From Candidatus Hydrogenedens sp. (GTDB lineage: Bacteria > Hydrogenedentota > Hydrogenedentia > Hydrogenedentales > Hydrogenedentaceae), in NCBI GenBank assembly GCA_035378955.1, contig DAOSUS010000009.1, positions 10,119 through 74,118 of the forward strand: 64,000 nt of DNA, read 5' to 3'. The first letter of the stretch is position 1, and the number at the start of each line of letters is the position of its first letter. Below the pieces are notes generated by a model that was given only the letters and a program-made list of their open reading frames with translations, made no database searches and was not told the DNA's origin. Made by a program: the position numbers and the translations under genes. Shown one piece after another: positions 19,509-28,989 of the stretch.

Positions 19509-20411
19509 ATGCAAAATGTTTTTGGTTTCTCTTTTTTAGTGCCGTTAGTATTGTTAGTGTCCATTATTTTATTAGGGGCAAAAGTTTCCCATGCAGATAC
19601 TGAATTGTATAAAGGAGGTGCCCCGAACGCAGAAGCCATTGGCTGGAGAATCGGCTGTCAGGCTTATTCTTTCAACCGTTTTACTTTTTTTGAAGCAATT
19701 GATAAAGTTTCAACGATTGGACTTCATTATATTGAAGCGTATCCTGGGCAAAAACTATCCAATGAAACCGGTGATGTTAAATTTGATCATAGTCTCTCTC
19801 CAGAACTCCAACAGAAAGTGAAAGAAAAGTTAGCCTCTGCAAATGTAAAACTTGTGAACTACGGCGTTGTGGGACTATCTAATGATGAAGCAGAATCTCG
19901 CAAAGTGTTTGATTTTGCAAAAGCCATGGGTATTGAGACTATCGTTTCTGAACCTCCTGCCAATGCTATGCCATTAGTAGATAAACTTTCTCAGGAATAT
20001 GGTATAAAAGTGGCAATACACAATCATCCCAAACCTTCTTTATATTGGGATTATAAAAAGGTTCTGGAAGTTACGAAAGATGTAAGTCTCAATATCGGTT
20101 CCTGTGCTGATACGGGACATTGGATGCGTTCCGGTATAAAGCCTCTGGAAGCCATTCAGGCATTAGACAAAAGAATTATTTCATTCCATCTTAAAGATTT
20201 AAATGAATTTGGCAAGAGGGATGCACACGATACTATTTGGGGAACAGGGCAGGCAGATATGAAAGCCATTTTAACACATCTCTACCAAAAAGGATTTAAA
20301 GGGGTTTTCTCGATTGAATACGAGTACAATTGGGAAAATTCGTTACCTGAAATATCTCAATGTGTAAAATATTTCGATGAAGTTGCCAAGGAATTATCAT
20401 CTAAAAAGTAA
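19509..20411 (+). CDS. Secreted sugar phosphate isomerase/epimerase (xylose isomerase-like TIM barrel)
   Basis: 300 aa. Signal peptide (LVPLVLLVSIILLGAKVSHA). TIM-barrel isomerase motifs (IETIVSEPP, IHNHP, GHW, FSIEYEY). Confidence 0.6.
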   Translation: MQNVFGFSFLVPLVLLVSIILLGAKVSHADTELYKGGAPNAEAIGWRIGCQAYSFNRFTFFEAIDKVSTIGLHYIEAYPGQKLSNETGDVKFDHSLSPELQQKVKEKLASANVKLVNYGVVGLSNDEAESRKVFDFAKAMGIETIVSEPPANAMPLVDKLSQEYGIKVAIHNHPKPSLYWDYKKVLEVTKDVSLNIGSCADTGHWMRSGIKPLEAIQALDKRIISFHLKDLNEFGKRDAHDTIWGTGQADMKAILTHLYQKGFKGVFSIEYEYNWENSLPEISQCVKYFDEVAKELSSKK

Positions 20412-20440
20412 ATTTAATTCTCTTATAATATTTATATAGA

Positions 20441-20472
20441 ATGGAGATGGGAATACCATCTCCATTTTTTTG
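20441..20472 (+). terminator. Rho-independent terminator
   Basis: Stem atggagatgg / ccatctccat (20441-20450 / 20455-20464) with a gaat loop, followed by ttttttt. Confidence 0.7.
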
Positions 20473-20504
20473 TGTCTATATAGTTAAAAAGAAAGGAAAA
20501 TACC

Positions 20505-21623
20505 ATGAAATTAGTAGTTAAGTTGATAATAATTATGTTATTGATAATCCCTGTTTTTATTTGGGGAGAAAATAACTCTACCACAGTTTTCCTTTCCGGC
20601 GAAGGGGGATACAACACTTATAGAATACCTTCTTTGATTAAAGCACAAGATGGAACTTTGATTGCCTTCTGTGAGGGGAGAAAAGATTCCGTGTCTGATG
20701 CCGGAGATATAGACCTTATTTACAAATTTTCTAAAGATAACGGAGATACATGGAGTGATATATTTGTTTTATGGGATGATGGAAAAAATACCTGCGGTAA
20801 TCCCTGTCCTGTAATAGATAAAAATACAGGAGATATCATTATCCTAATGACATGGAATCGGGGAGATGATAATGAGATAGAAATTATTAATGGTATATCA
20901 AAAGATACCCGTCGTGTGTTTATTTCTCGTTCCGTAGATAATGGACAGACATGGTCAAAAGTTGAAGAAATAACAAACTCAACGAAACATCCTGACTGGA
21001 GTTGGTATGCTACAGGACCTGGAGTAGGAATACAGATGACGGGAGATAAATATAAAAATAGGCTTATTATTCCTTGTGACCATGCTAACAAAAAGGATAA
21101 ACAATGGTATTCGCATATTATATATTCAGATGATGGCGGTAAAACATGGGCATATAGCCAACCAATAGGTATTAAGACCAATGAATGTCAGGTCGTCGAA
21201 ATAACGGATAATAAATTGCTTATTAACATGAGAAATTACAATCGAGAATATCCATGTAGGGCTACTTCTATTAGTGAAGATGGTGGCTTATCATGGTCTA
21301 ATTTAAGTTATGATTTGGAATTGATTGAACCTGTATGCCAGGCAAGTTTGATTAAACATCAGTCCGAAAATAGAGAATACCTGATTTTTTCTAATCCAGC
21401 AGATAAAAAAGAAAGGATAAAGATGACAGTAAAAATAAGTTCTGATTATGGAAAAACATGGAAATATCAAAAATTGTTATATAAAGGCCCCTCTGCATAT
21501 TCTTCTCTGTATTCAATGAATGAAAAAGAAGTGGGAATTTTATTTGAATGTGGAGAGAAAAATCCCTATGAAAAAATTGTATTCCAGAAAATAGATATTC
21601 AAAAGATTCTTGCACAACAATAA
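20505..21623 (+). CDS. Exo-alpha-sialidase (GH33, BNR/Asp-box)
   Basis: 372 aa. Signal peptide. FRIP-type motif YRIPSL. Four Asp-boxes (SRSVDNGQTWS, SDDGGKTWA, SEDGGLSWS, SSDYGKTWK). Confidence 0.85.
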   Translation: MKLVVKLIIIMLLIIPVFIWGENNSTTVFLSGEGGYNTYRIPSLIKAQDGTLIAFCEGRKDSVSDAGDIDLIYKFSKDNGDTWSDIFVLWDDGKNTCGNPCPVIDKNTGDIIILMTWNRGDDNEIEIINGISKDTRRVFISRSVDNGQTWSKVEEITNSTKHPDWSWYATGPGVGIQMTGDKYKNRLIIPCDHANKKDKQWYSHIIYSDDGGKTWAYSQPIGIKTNECQVVEITDNKLLINMRNYNREYPCRATSISEDGGLSWSNLSYDLELIEPVCQASLIKHQSENREYLIFSNPADKKERIKMTVKISSDYGKTWKYQKLLYKGPSAYSSLYSMNEKEVGILFECGEKNPYEKIVFQKIDIQKILAQQ

Positions 21624-21634
21624 AGGAAAAACCA

Positions 21635-22609
21635 ATGGACATAAAACTTCGTCAATTAGGAGAAAGTGATATTCAAATTACACCTTTGGGTTTAGGATGT
21701 TGGCAATTTAGTAACAGAATTGGTTTTGCCGGAAAATTCTGGCCCTCCCTGGAAGAAGTCCCAAGCGATGAGATTATAAAGGTAAGTTGGGAAGGGGGTA
21801 TTAACTGGTTTGATACAGCAGAAATGTATGGATGGGGTGCCTCTGAGAAATGTGTTTCCCAGGGGCTTCAAAAAATAAATGCTCCCATTGAAAGCACAAT
21901 AATCGCGACAAAGTGGCACCCTGTTGCCCGTAGAGCATCAAGGATGCTTCGTTCTATAGAAGAACAAATACAACGCCTTGCCCCTTATAAAATTTCCCTT
22001 TATCAAATTCATTCGCCTACATCCCTATCCTCAATAAAAACAGAAATGGAGGTTATGGCAGATTTGCTAAAAGCAGGCATAATTCGTTCTGCTGGAGTAA
22101 GCAACTATTCCGCAAGACAAATGAGAAAGGCCCATGCACATTTAGAAAAATTAGGTTTTCCTCTTGTTTCCAATCAAGTCCATTATAGTTTATTAAACCG
22201 TAGAATAGAAAAAAATGGAATATTAAAAACAGCACAAGAATTAGGAATGACGATTATTGCTTATTCCCCATTAGAGCAAGGACTATTGACAGGAAAATTT
22301 CATGATAATCCTTCCTTGATAAAAACTCGTGTAGGTTGGCGAAAATATTTTCCACTTTACCGTCCCTCCGGTCTTGAACGAACAAAACCCGTGATAGATA
22401 CATTAAAAAAGATTGCTGGACGATATGGAGCTACTCCTGCCCAAGTTGCTCTGAATTGGCTCATTCATTTTCATGGGGAGCGTGTTGTTGCCATCCCTGG
22501 TGCTACCCGAAAAGAACAAGCACTCCAAAACTTAGGAACATTCAAATTCCATATTTCTGAGGCAGAAATGGATGAAATAGACAAAGTTTCTCGAAAATTT
22601 ATTGGATGA
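21635..22609 (+). CDS. Aldo/keto reductase
   Basis: 324 aa. LGLGCWQF...DTAEMYG...IATKW...LYQIHSP is the AKR signature. Confidence 0.85.
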   Translation: MDIKLRQLGESDIQITPLGLGCWQFSNRIGFAGKFWPSLEEVPSDEIIKVSWEGGINWFDTAEMYGWGASEKCVSQGLQKINAPIESTIIATKWHPVARRASRMLRSIEEQIQRLAPYKISLYQIHSPTSLSSIKTEMEVMADLLKAGIIRSAGVSNYSARQMRKAHAHLEKLGFPLVSNQVHYSLLNRRIEKNGILKTAQELGMTIIAYSPLEQGLLTGKFHDNPSLIKTRVGWRKYFPLYRPSGLERTKPVIDTLKKIAGRYGATPAQVALNWLIHFHGERVVAIPGATRKEQALQNLGTFKFHISEAEMDEIDKVSRKFIG

Positions 22610-22617
22610 TAGTTAGG

Positions 22618-23007
22618 TTACTTTTTTACAGAGCCCATAAACAATAGAATCGTCATTGAAAAAAGGATAGCAATAAAATCAGATATCCATGTTTCAACCC
22701 TATTAACAGCACAGGAACATCCCCGTTGAAGTTGAGAACCGCAAGTGCTTAATTCTTTTATAGCCAATTGCAATTCTTCTTCTGACAACTGTTGGTTTCC
22801 ATCTCTATCAAAAGATAAAAAAATTTCTAAATCCAATCCTTCTATTAATCTTTGTGCTTCTTGTAAGGTAATTAGGTCATCTCCATTTGAGTCTATCATA
22901 TCAAAATTATCATACATCGCATAAGCATAATCAATAGGCTTATCCTTTTCCACAATAATTGGATTGGTAGTAGTAGTTAAAGCAATTATTGAAAATAATG
23001 TTATCAT
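22618..23007 (-). CDS. Small secreted EF-hand Ca-binding protein with a Cys-rich motif and C-terminal hydrophobic anchor
   Basis: 129 aa. N-terminal signal-like segment. Two EF-hand loops DSNGDDLITLQE and DRDGNQQLSEEE. CGSQLQRGCSC follows. The C-terminus ISDFIAILFSMTILLFMGSVKK is TM plus a basic tail. Confidence 0.5.
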   Translation of the reverse strand: MITLFSIIALTTTTNPIIVEKDKPIDYAYAMYDNFDMIDSNGDDLITLQEAQRLIEGLDLEIFLSFDRDGNQQLSEEELQLAIKELSTCGSQLQRGCSCAVNRVETWISDFIAILFSMTILLFMGSVKK

Positions 23008-23095
23008 AAGCCATTTCCTTTTTTATTTTAATTATAATAGTTAGTATAAATAAAAAGAAAAAATTTAGGTTAATTAAAAAAGAATACAATCCAGA

Positions 23096-23806
23096 ATGTC
23101 CCATGAAACAAAAAATAATGTAGCAGTTATTATCCCATGTTATAATGCAGGTAACCGATTAGAAAAAGTCATCAAAGCGGTTACAAAATTTCCATTTGAT
23201 ATTTACATTGTTGATGATGGGTCCACAGATAATTGTATTGCATCTGTATTAAATATGCCTGTGTCTGTTATTTCTTTTCCTGTAAATAAAGGGAAAGGAT
23301 ATGCAATTATGGAAGGCTTAAAGCATGTCTTAAATCTTCCACAATACGAATTAATTTGTTTTATGGATGCCGATGGTCAACACGACCCCGAATTACTGCC
23401 TTTGTTCATTGAAGAATGGGAAAATAAGAAAGAAGATATTATAATAGGACAACGCGACCTGAAACCTGAGAAAACGCCTCTTCCCAGTAAATTGGGAAAT
23501 TACATAACTCAATATCTTCTCCGTATATTGGTAAAGTGTCCTTTATCAGATACACAATGCGGTTTTCGTTTGTATTCCCGTTCCTTTGCTCAGGAGATTG
23601 TTAAATCTGTTCCTCCCGGAAGATATGAAACAGAAACATGGATTTTACTATTGGCTTTAAAGGAAAAAAAGAAAATAGGGACTATCCCAATATCGTCCAT
23701 CTATGAAGAAAAAAACCGCTCTTCCCATTTCCGCAAATTTTATGATTCCTTCCGTATACTTAAAACCATTCTTTATTTTATATTTACAAACCGTTTTGGT
23801 AAGTGA
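23096..23806 (+). CDS. Family 2 glycosyltransferase (polyprenyl-phosphate sugar transferase-like)
   Basis: 236 aa. VIIPCYN...DDGSTD...MDADGQHDP motifs of GT2/DPM1-like enzymes. Confidence 0.75.
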   Translation: MSHETKNNVAVIIPCYNAGNRLEKVIKAVTKFPFDIYIVDDGSTDNCIASVLNMPVSVISFPVNKGKGYAIMEGLKHVLNLPQYELICFMDADGQHDPELLPLFIEEWENKKEDIIIGQRDLKPEKTPLPSKLGNYITQYLLRILVKCPLSDTQCGFRLYSRSFAQEIVKSVPPGRYETETWILLLALKEKKKIGTIPISSIYEEKNRSSHFRKFYDSFRILKTILYFIFTNRFGK

Positions 23807-23812
23807 TAACTT

Positions 23813-24694
23813 TTATTTTTTATCTTTCAAAAATTCAAGAGCAATATTATAAAATTTTGTTCCTGTCATTGCGGTCATGTGGTCCCTACCTTCTAAATAA
23901 ACAAATTGAGCATTGCTCAAATATTTTTCCATTTCTATAACGCCTACTTTCAAAGGGTCGTTTGTCCCTACTATTGCGAGAACAGGGACTTGATTATATT
24001 TTAATTGCTCTTCAGTGACTGCCATTTCGGGAAACTGTTTCATTACATTAGCCATAGCCCGTGAATCAGAAAGCATATTTAATCCAAAATCAAGTAATTT
24101 AATTTTCCATAGGGGAGGCTCTTTCCTATCAGGTTCCAGAGCCTTTGTAAGAGGAGCATAGCCTTTCCCACTTTCAAGAGATTCGACCAACTCCATTAAA
24201 ATTCGGACATTGTCACCATCTACTTTTTCAAAACCTGCTCCACCTACTACCGCCTTAATTATTCTTTCTGGATACATGGTTACTAATTTTAATGTAGTAA
24301 ATCCACCCATAGAATAACCCATAATATATGCTTTGGGGATTTTTAGATGGTCCATAAGTCGGATTACATCTTTTGCCATTTCAATACCATAACTACCCGG
24401 TTCTGTTGGTTTATCACTCAGTCCATGCCCTCGAAGGTCAAAAGAAATTGTAGTAAAATGTTTTTTAAGTTTACGAATAAGTCCATTCCATCTCCAGTTA
24501 ATATCCGCATTCACACCATATCCATGTATAAGAATTAACGGGGGACCACTTCCCTCAACACGGTAATGTATCTTACATCCATTAGAATCAAAGAAATTTC
24601 CTTGAACCCGATATTTTAGTAAAAATATAATGACACCAAAACCTATTAATATAAGGGCAATCAAAATAAGTAAAATAAAAAACAGAATATTCAT
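23813..24694 (-). CDS. Alpha/beta hydrolase, membrane-anchored
   Basis: 293 aa. N-terminal TM. HG oxyanion motif (LILIHGYG). Nucleophile elbow GYSMGG. Confidence 0.75.
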   Translation of the reverse strand: MNILFFILLILIALILIGFGVIIFLLKYRVQGNFFDSNGCKIHYRVEGSGPPLILIHGYGVNADINWRWNGLIRKLKKHFTTISFDLRGHGLSDKPTEPGSYGIEMAKDVIRLMDHLKIPKAYIMGYSMGGFTTLKLVTMYPERIIKAVVGGAGFEKVDGDNVRILMELVESLESGKGYAPLTKALEPDRKEPPLWKIKLLDFGLNMLSDSRAMANVMKQFPEMAVTEEQLKYNQVPVLAIVGTNDPLKVGVIEMEKYLSNAQFVYLEGRDHMTAMTGTKFYNIALEFLKDKK

Positions 24695-24706
24695 AGGTAT
24701 CCATCC

Positions 24707-25621
24707 TTATGGTTGTTTGTGGTTTATTAAAAATTTTTCAATAGATTTGACAAATTCTTTTTGAAATAAAGTGGTTAAATGAGTTCCTTTATTTATCCAG
24801 ACAATTTGGCTATTGGGCAATACATCATTTAATTCAGGGATGGTTTTGCACATGGGGTCTGCTGTTCCCCCAATAAGCAATATGGGAACATTACAATTTT
24901 TTAAATCCTCTTCCTTTACTTCTAATTCTGGGGTGCTTTCCAATAAATCTGCTATTACATCCAAATCATTTGTTTTGCGAAAATACCAATTCCCAATAGC
25001 AATAGAAATTCGTTCCAATCCTTGTTTCCTCATTCCAACGAGTTCAAATAGAGGAGTGCAATCATTATTATTTCGCATCGCTGTATAAATATTTTCCAGC
25101 CTGTTTAAATTTTCCTGTGTAGATTTTTCCCATCCTGCTCCCGCAATTGTTACAGAATAAACTTTTTCAGGATAGCAAGTAGCGAATTTTAGTGCTATAA
25201 ATCCTCCGAGAGAATATCCAACAATGTGTGCTTTACTTATATTAAGATGTTCCATAATTTTACAAACATCATTAACCAGATGAATGCCATACATTTCTTT
25301 CCCATGGGGTTTGTCTGATTTTCCATGTCCCCTTAAATCAAAAGATATGACATAAAAATTTTTAGAAAGCCTGTTCATAATTCCTGGAAACCGCCAATTA
25401 AGGTCTGAATTTGCAAGAATACCATGAATTAGAATAACAGGTTGTCCTTCGCCTTTTTCTACATAATGGAGAGAAATATCTTGATTGGTTGTGAATTGTC
25501 CCTTTTTCTGATGAAATAGTGCACATCCTGAATGAATTAAAAAACAAGAAATCAAAAGTAATTTAAAGGCCATTTTCAAAAAACCAGAAACATTTTTTGA
25601 AAAATACCAATCATAACACAT
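24707..25621 (-). CDS. Alpha/beta hydrolase, tandem paralogue of the preceding gene
   Basis: 304 aa. VILIHGILANSDLNWR...SFDLRGHGKSDKP closely parallels the neighbour. GYSLGG nucleophile elbow. Possible lipoprotein signal (…LIHSGC) if translation starts at Met 25573. Confidence 0.75.
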   Translation of the reverse strand: MCYDWYFSKNVSGFLKMAFKLLLISCFLIHSGCALFHQKKGQFTTNQDISLHYVEKGEGQPVILIHGILANSDLNWRFPGIMNRLSKNFYVISFDLRGHGKSDKPHGKEMYGIHLVNDVCKIMEHLNISKAHIVGYSLGGFIALKFATCYPEKVYSVTIAGAGWEKSTQENLNRLENIYTAMRNNNDCTPLFELVGMRKQGLERISIAIGNWYFRKTNDLDVIADLLESTPELEVKEEDLKNCNVPILLIGGTADPMCKTIPELNDVLPNSQIVWINKGTHLTTLFQKEFVKSIEKFLINHKQP

Positions 25622-25687
25622 ATTATTTTCCTCTTAAATGACCTTATGAAATAAGTAAAGTGTATATTACCATATATCAGAAAAAAG

Positions 25688-26563
25688 ATGAAATTGTTAT
25701 TCCCATATTTTTATATGTTATGTTCTGCTTTTTGTTTTTCCATTATGGCTGTTTGTGGAAGTGTAATTGGAACCAATCTTTCATGGATTATAGTTGCTTT
25801 TTTCCGAATTGCTCCTACATTTATTTTTGTGGGAATAATAGCATTAATTCGTAAAGAAAAAATCCTTGTATTGAATTCACTTTCTTTATGGTTGCGAAGT
25901 ATTTTAGGTACCATTGCGTTACTCTGTACCTTTTATTCTTTATCTCGAATGAATGCTACTGATGCTGTTACGATTTCTGCCACAACTCCTATCTGGGTTA
26001 CTCTCATTATGTACATCATATTTTCTGATAAAGTGCCTTCTTTATTCTGGGTATTTGTTATTTCTACTTTTTTAGGTATTTATTTGATAGAAAAACCACA
26101 ATTTCGAGGGGATTTTATCCCTATCTTTGTGGATTTTTTAGGAGCCATTTGTGCAGGGTCCGCAATGGTAAGTTTAAGTTTTTGTGGATTTATTACCCCT
26201 ATAACTGTTGTCAGTCATTATAGTGCAGTTGCTTTAATGACAACCTTTTGTATATTCTATCTTTCAAAATCAGATATGCCCGTATTTACAGAAATTCTTG
26301 AGAAATATGGAGCATTACTTGTGGTAATAGGGTTAAGTGGAACATTGGGACAGATATTTTTAACATACGCTTATGGAACAGGAAAACCTCAGTGGATTTC
26401 AGTTACGGGATTAAGTCAGGTTGTTTTTACCACTTTATTCGAAATTTTCTTTAACAGACTGAAACTTAATTTAGGATTAATTTTAGGTATTATAGTAGTA
26501 TTAACCTCAATTGCTTGTGTTATTATGATAAAGCATGACAAAAATTTGGCAGAAACTACATAA
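25688..26563 (+). CDS. DMT-superfamily (EamA-like) transporter
   Basis: 291 aa. About 10 predicted TM helices in two similar halves. Confidence 0.55.
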   Translation: MKLLFPYFYMLCSAFCFSIMAVCGSVIGTNLSWIIVAFFRIAPTFIFVGIIALIRKEKILVLNSLSLWLRSILGTIALLCTFYSLSRMNATDAVTISATTPIWVTLIMYIIFSDKVPSLFWVFVISTFLGIYLIEKPQFRGDFIPIFVDFLGAICAGSAMVSLSFCGFITPITVVSHYSAVALMTTFCIFYLSKSDMPVFTEILEKYGALLVVIGLSGTLGQIFLTYAYGTGKPQWISVTGLSQVVFTTLFEIFFNRLKLNLGLILGIIVVLTSIACVIMIKHDKNLAETT

Positions 26564-26586
26564 ACTAATATGAAAACTATTGTAGT

Positions 26587-27432
26587 ATGTCAACAATAAA
26601 AAATAGTAAAACGAATGGCGAGAAAAAACAAACTATAAAACTCTTATGGGCAACCGATATTCATTTAGACCACCTTTCCCCAGAACAAGGGGCTTCTTTT
26701 ATTAAAGAGATGGCAGAACAGAAGCCTTCTGTAGCAGTAATTACAGGTGATATATCTACCGCAGAGACTGTGGATAAATGGTTGCTATATATGGATAGAG
26801 TTTTTACCTGTCCTGTATATTTTGTTTTAGGAAATCATGATTATTATCATGGTTCTATCGAACAAGTTCGACAAAAGGTGCGACAGATTACGAGATATTC
26901 CCAGAGGGTGCGTTGGTTGCCTGAAGTTGGATTGGTTTCACTTACCCCCAATACGGTTCTAATTGGTTGTGATGGATGGGGAGATGCCCGTTTGGGAGAT
27001 TTTGACCGTTCTGATACAAAAATGAGTGATTACATATTTATTAAAGAACTTGTAGGGTTGGATAGACCCCAAATTAAACAGGTGATTCAATCTTTAGGTA
27101 AAGATTCTGCAAATTACATCGCTCGTGCATTACCTGAGGCAATGAACCGTGCCCAATTTATCATCATTGCTACCCATGTGCCTCCTTTTGCAGAAGCCTG
27201 TTGGCACCAGGGAAGAAGAGGAGATGCAAAATGGTTACCCAACTACACCTGTGGTGCTATTGGTGAGGTAATCCAAGAAATGGCTGTAAGCAGTATGTAT
27301 CATCAATTCCTGGTTTTATGTGGACATACACATGGCTTTGCCGATGTTCACATTTTACCCAACCTACATATTAAAGTAGGCGAAGTCGAATATGGTAAGC
27401 CTATTGTGCAAGATATTATTACTGTTTATTAA
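26587..27432 (+). CDS. Metallophosphoesterase (calcineurin-like)
   Basis: 281 aa. DIHLD...GDIS...GNHDY...ATHVPP...GHTH form the metallophosphatase motif series. Confidence 0.7.
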   Translation: MSTIKNSKTNGEKKQTIKLLWATDIHLDHLSPEQGASFIKEMAEQKPSVAVITGDISTAETVDKWLLYMDRVFTCPVYFVLGNHDYYHGSIEQVRQKVRQITRYSQRVRWLPEVGLVSLTPNTVLIGCDGWGDARLGDFDRSDTKMSDYIFIKELVGLDRPQIKQVIQSLGKDSANYIARALPEAMNRAQFIIIATHVPPFAEACWHQGRRGDAKWLPNYTCGAIGEVIQEMAVSSMYHQFLVLCGHTHGFADVHILPNLHIKVGEVEYGKPIVQDIITVY

Positions 27433-27441
27433 GAGTTCGGT

Positions 27442-28395
27442 TTAGTGTTCATGAAATGATAGAGCATACGGAATTGCACTTAAACATTCTGCTACATATC
27501 GGTTTACGGGGGCTTTCCCTTCGTAGCGAATAAATTCAACATGTCCATCTAAATACAACACATTACAACCACCGGGGATATGATTAAAATAACTTGCTTT
27601 ATCGCCTATCCCAATAACATCAAACATAATCCATACACTGCTTTGTGCTTGTGCTTTAGTGGCTGGATTATTGATATCGGTAATTAGAAATCTTTCAATA
27701 CCTTCACGAAGTCTGTAAACGGTATCTCCACCGGCATTGCCATCAGGAGAAAGTCCAGGTATATCCATATCAGCAACGGCATAGTTATGTGCCATAGCCC
27801 CTTGCATAGCCGTATAAGCAAGAGCACGCCATAACTGTCTACTTCCTATTTTTGTGGCTTGAAACGGTGCTAAATTTGTAGAAGGGTCATCCAATTCACA
27901 ACGGTCAAAAACCCAACCTGTATATATGTAACTACTACAACCTAATCGAATACCTGCAGAATGTAATAAACCGCCTGAAGTATTAACACAAGCATAATTT
28001 ATAGTCCATTCACCTTTAGAATTCTTCAGGTTGTTTACTGAAACCGATGAATTGGATGGGCAAATAAGTATAGATGGGTCTGTTAAATATTCAGGATAAA
28101 TTGTGGAAATTCGGGGGTTTAACCCATAGACATAATTGTATGTGCCTGTGGGAGTGAGAGTTTCACAATCATAGAGAGGTTCGGAATTGATAAGGATCAT
28201 TGGAAACCGTTCTCCTTTGGCTTCACTGGAATACATCTTAAAAATCAGTCCCCATTGCTTTAAATTATTTTGGCAACTGGACCTTCGTGCTGCTTCACGA
28301 GCCCGTGCTAAAGCCGGCAACAAAATAGCCGCCAAAATTCCAATTATGGCTATAACTACCAGTAATTCAATTAGGGTAAAACCATGTTTTCTCAT
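27442..28395 (-). CDS. Prepilin-type N-terminal cleavage/methylation-domain protein with DUF1559 (H-X9-DG), PVC-type pseudopilin-like
   Basis: 317 aa. Class III signal [47 protein letters not shown] is typical of the DUF1559 family. C-terminal [17 protein letters not shown] is the H-X9-DG motif. Confidence 0.8.
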   Translation of the reverse strand: MRKHGFTLIELLVVIAIIGILAAILLPALARAREAARRSSCQNNLKQWGLIFKMYSSEAKGERFPMILINSEPLYDCETLTPTGTYNYVYGLNPRISTIYPEYLTDPSILICPSNSSVSVNNLKNSKGEWTINYACVNTSGGLLHSAGIRLGCSSYIYTGWVFDRCELDDPSTNLAPFQATKIGSRQLWRALAYTAMQGAMAHNYAVADMDIPGLSPDGNAGGDTVYRLREGIERFLITDINNPATKAQAQSSVWIMFDVIGIGDKASYFNHIPGGCNVLYLDGHVEFIRYEGKAPVNRYVAECLSAIPYALSFHEH

Positions 28396-28493
28396 TATAT
28401 TACTCCTTATAATTAAACAATGTTAAACTTGTAAAAATAATAATTAACAATGACGAAAAAGGAAAAATAGATATAATTAAGGCAGGTAATTTT

Positions 28494-28904
28494 TTAATTA
28501 TAAGAAGGGGGACCCCGATGTGAATTAGGCTGGATGATGATTCTTATAGAACTGGTTTTAGGTTTTAAGAATATAGTTTTCCTGAAGTTGTATTTAACAA
28601 GAGTAAAAAACAACAGTGAAATAAGAAGGGGAGTGAACATTAAAATTCGGAAAGGTCCTTTTCCCTCTTTACCACCAAAAGATTTCTCCCAGATACCAGG
28701 TAGTAAACCATGAAGAACTGCAATTAGAAGATACAAAGCAAGTGCTATACAAACAAACTTTATTAAGTTTTGATTGTTTATAGCCACTTTTCCTATTGTA
28801 AATTTATATGTTTTTTTCTTCTTATTCATTGTGGAGGTGTTTTTAATTATAGAATGAAAATTTGAGTTAGATTTATTGTAGATAATTTTACTCTCTTTCC
28901 TCAA
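28494..28904 (-). CDS. Hypothetical small membrane protein
   Basis: 136 aa in the track. Two predicted TM helices. Lys-rich N-terminus. The more likely start is Met 28829 (MNKKKKTY). No family recognised. Confidence 0.3.
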   Translation of the reverse strand: MRKESKIIYNKSNSNFHSIIKNTSTMNKKKKTYKFTIGKVAINNQNLIKFVCIALALYLLIAVLHGLLPGIWEKSFGGKEGKGPFRILMFTPLLISLLFFTLVKYNFRKTIFLKPKTSSIRIIIQPNSHRGPPSYN

Positions 28905-28989
28905 ATTTTAAACCTATATACAAAACTTACTGATGTGAAGGGGATATACTTATAATGTTATAATTATATAAATATTAAAGGAACACGGA

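Noticed and set aside
25660-25854. 64-aa ORF overlapping the start of the DMT transporter gene in another frame
   Set aside because: It overlaps the better-supported 291-aa membrane protein and has no features of its own.
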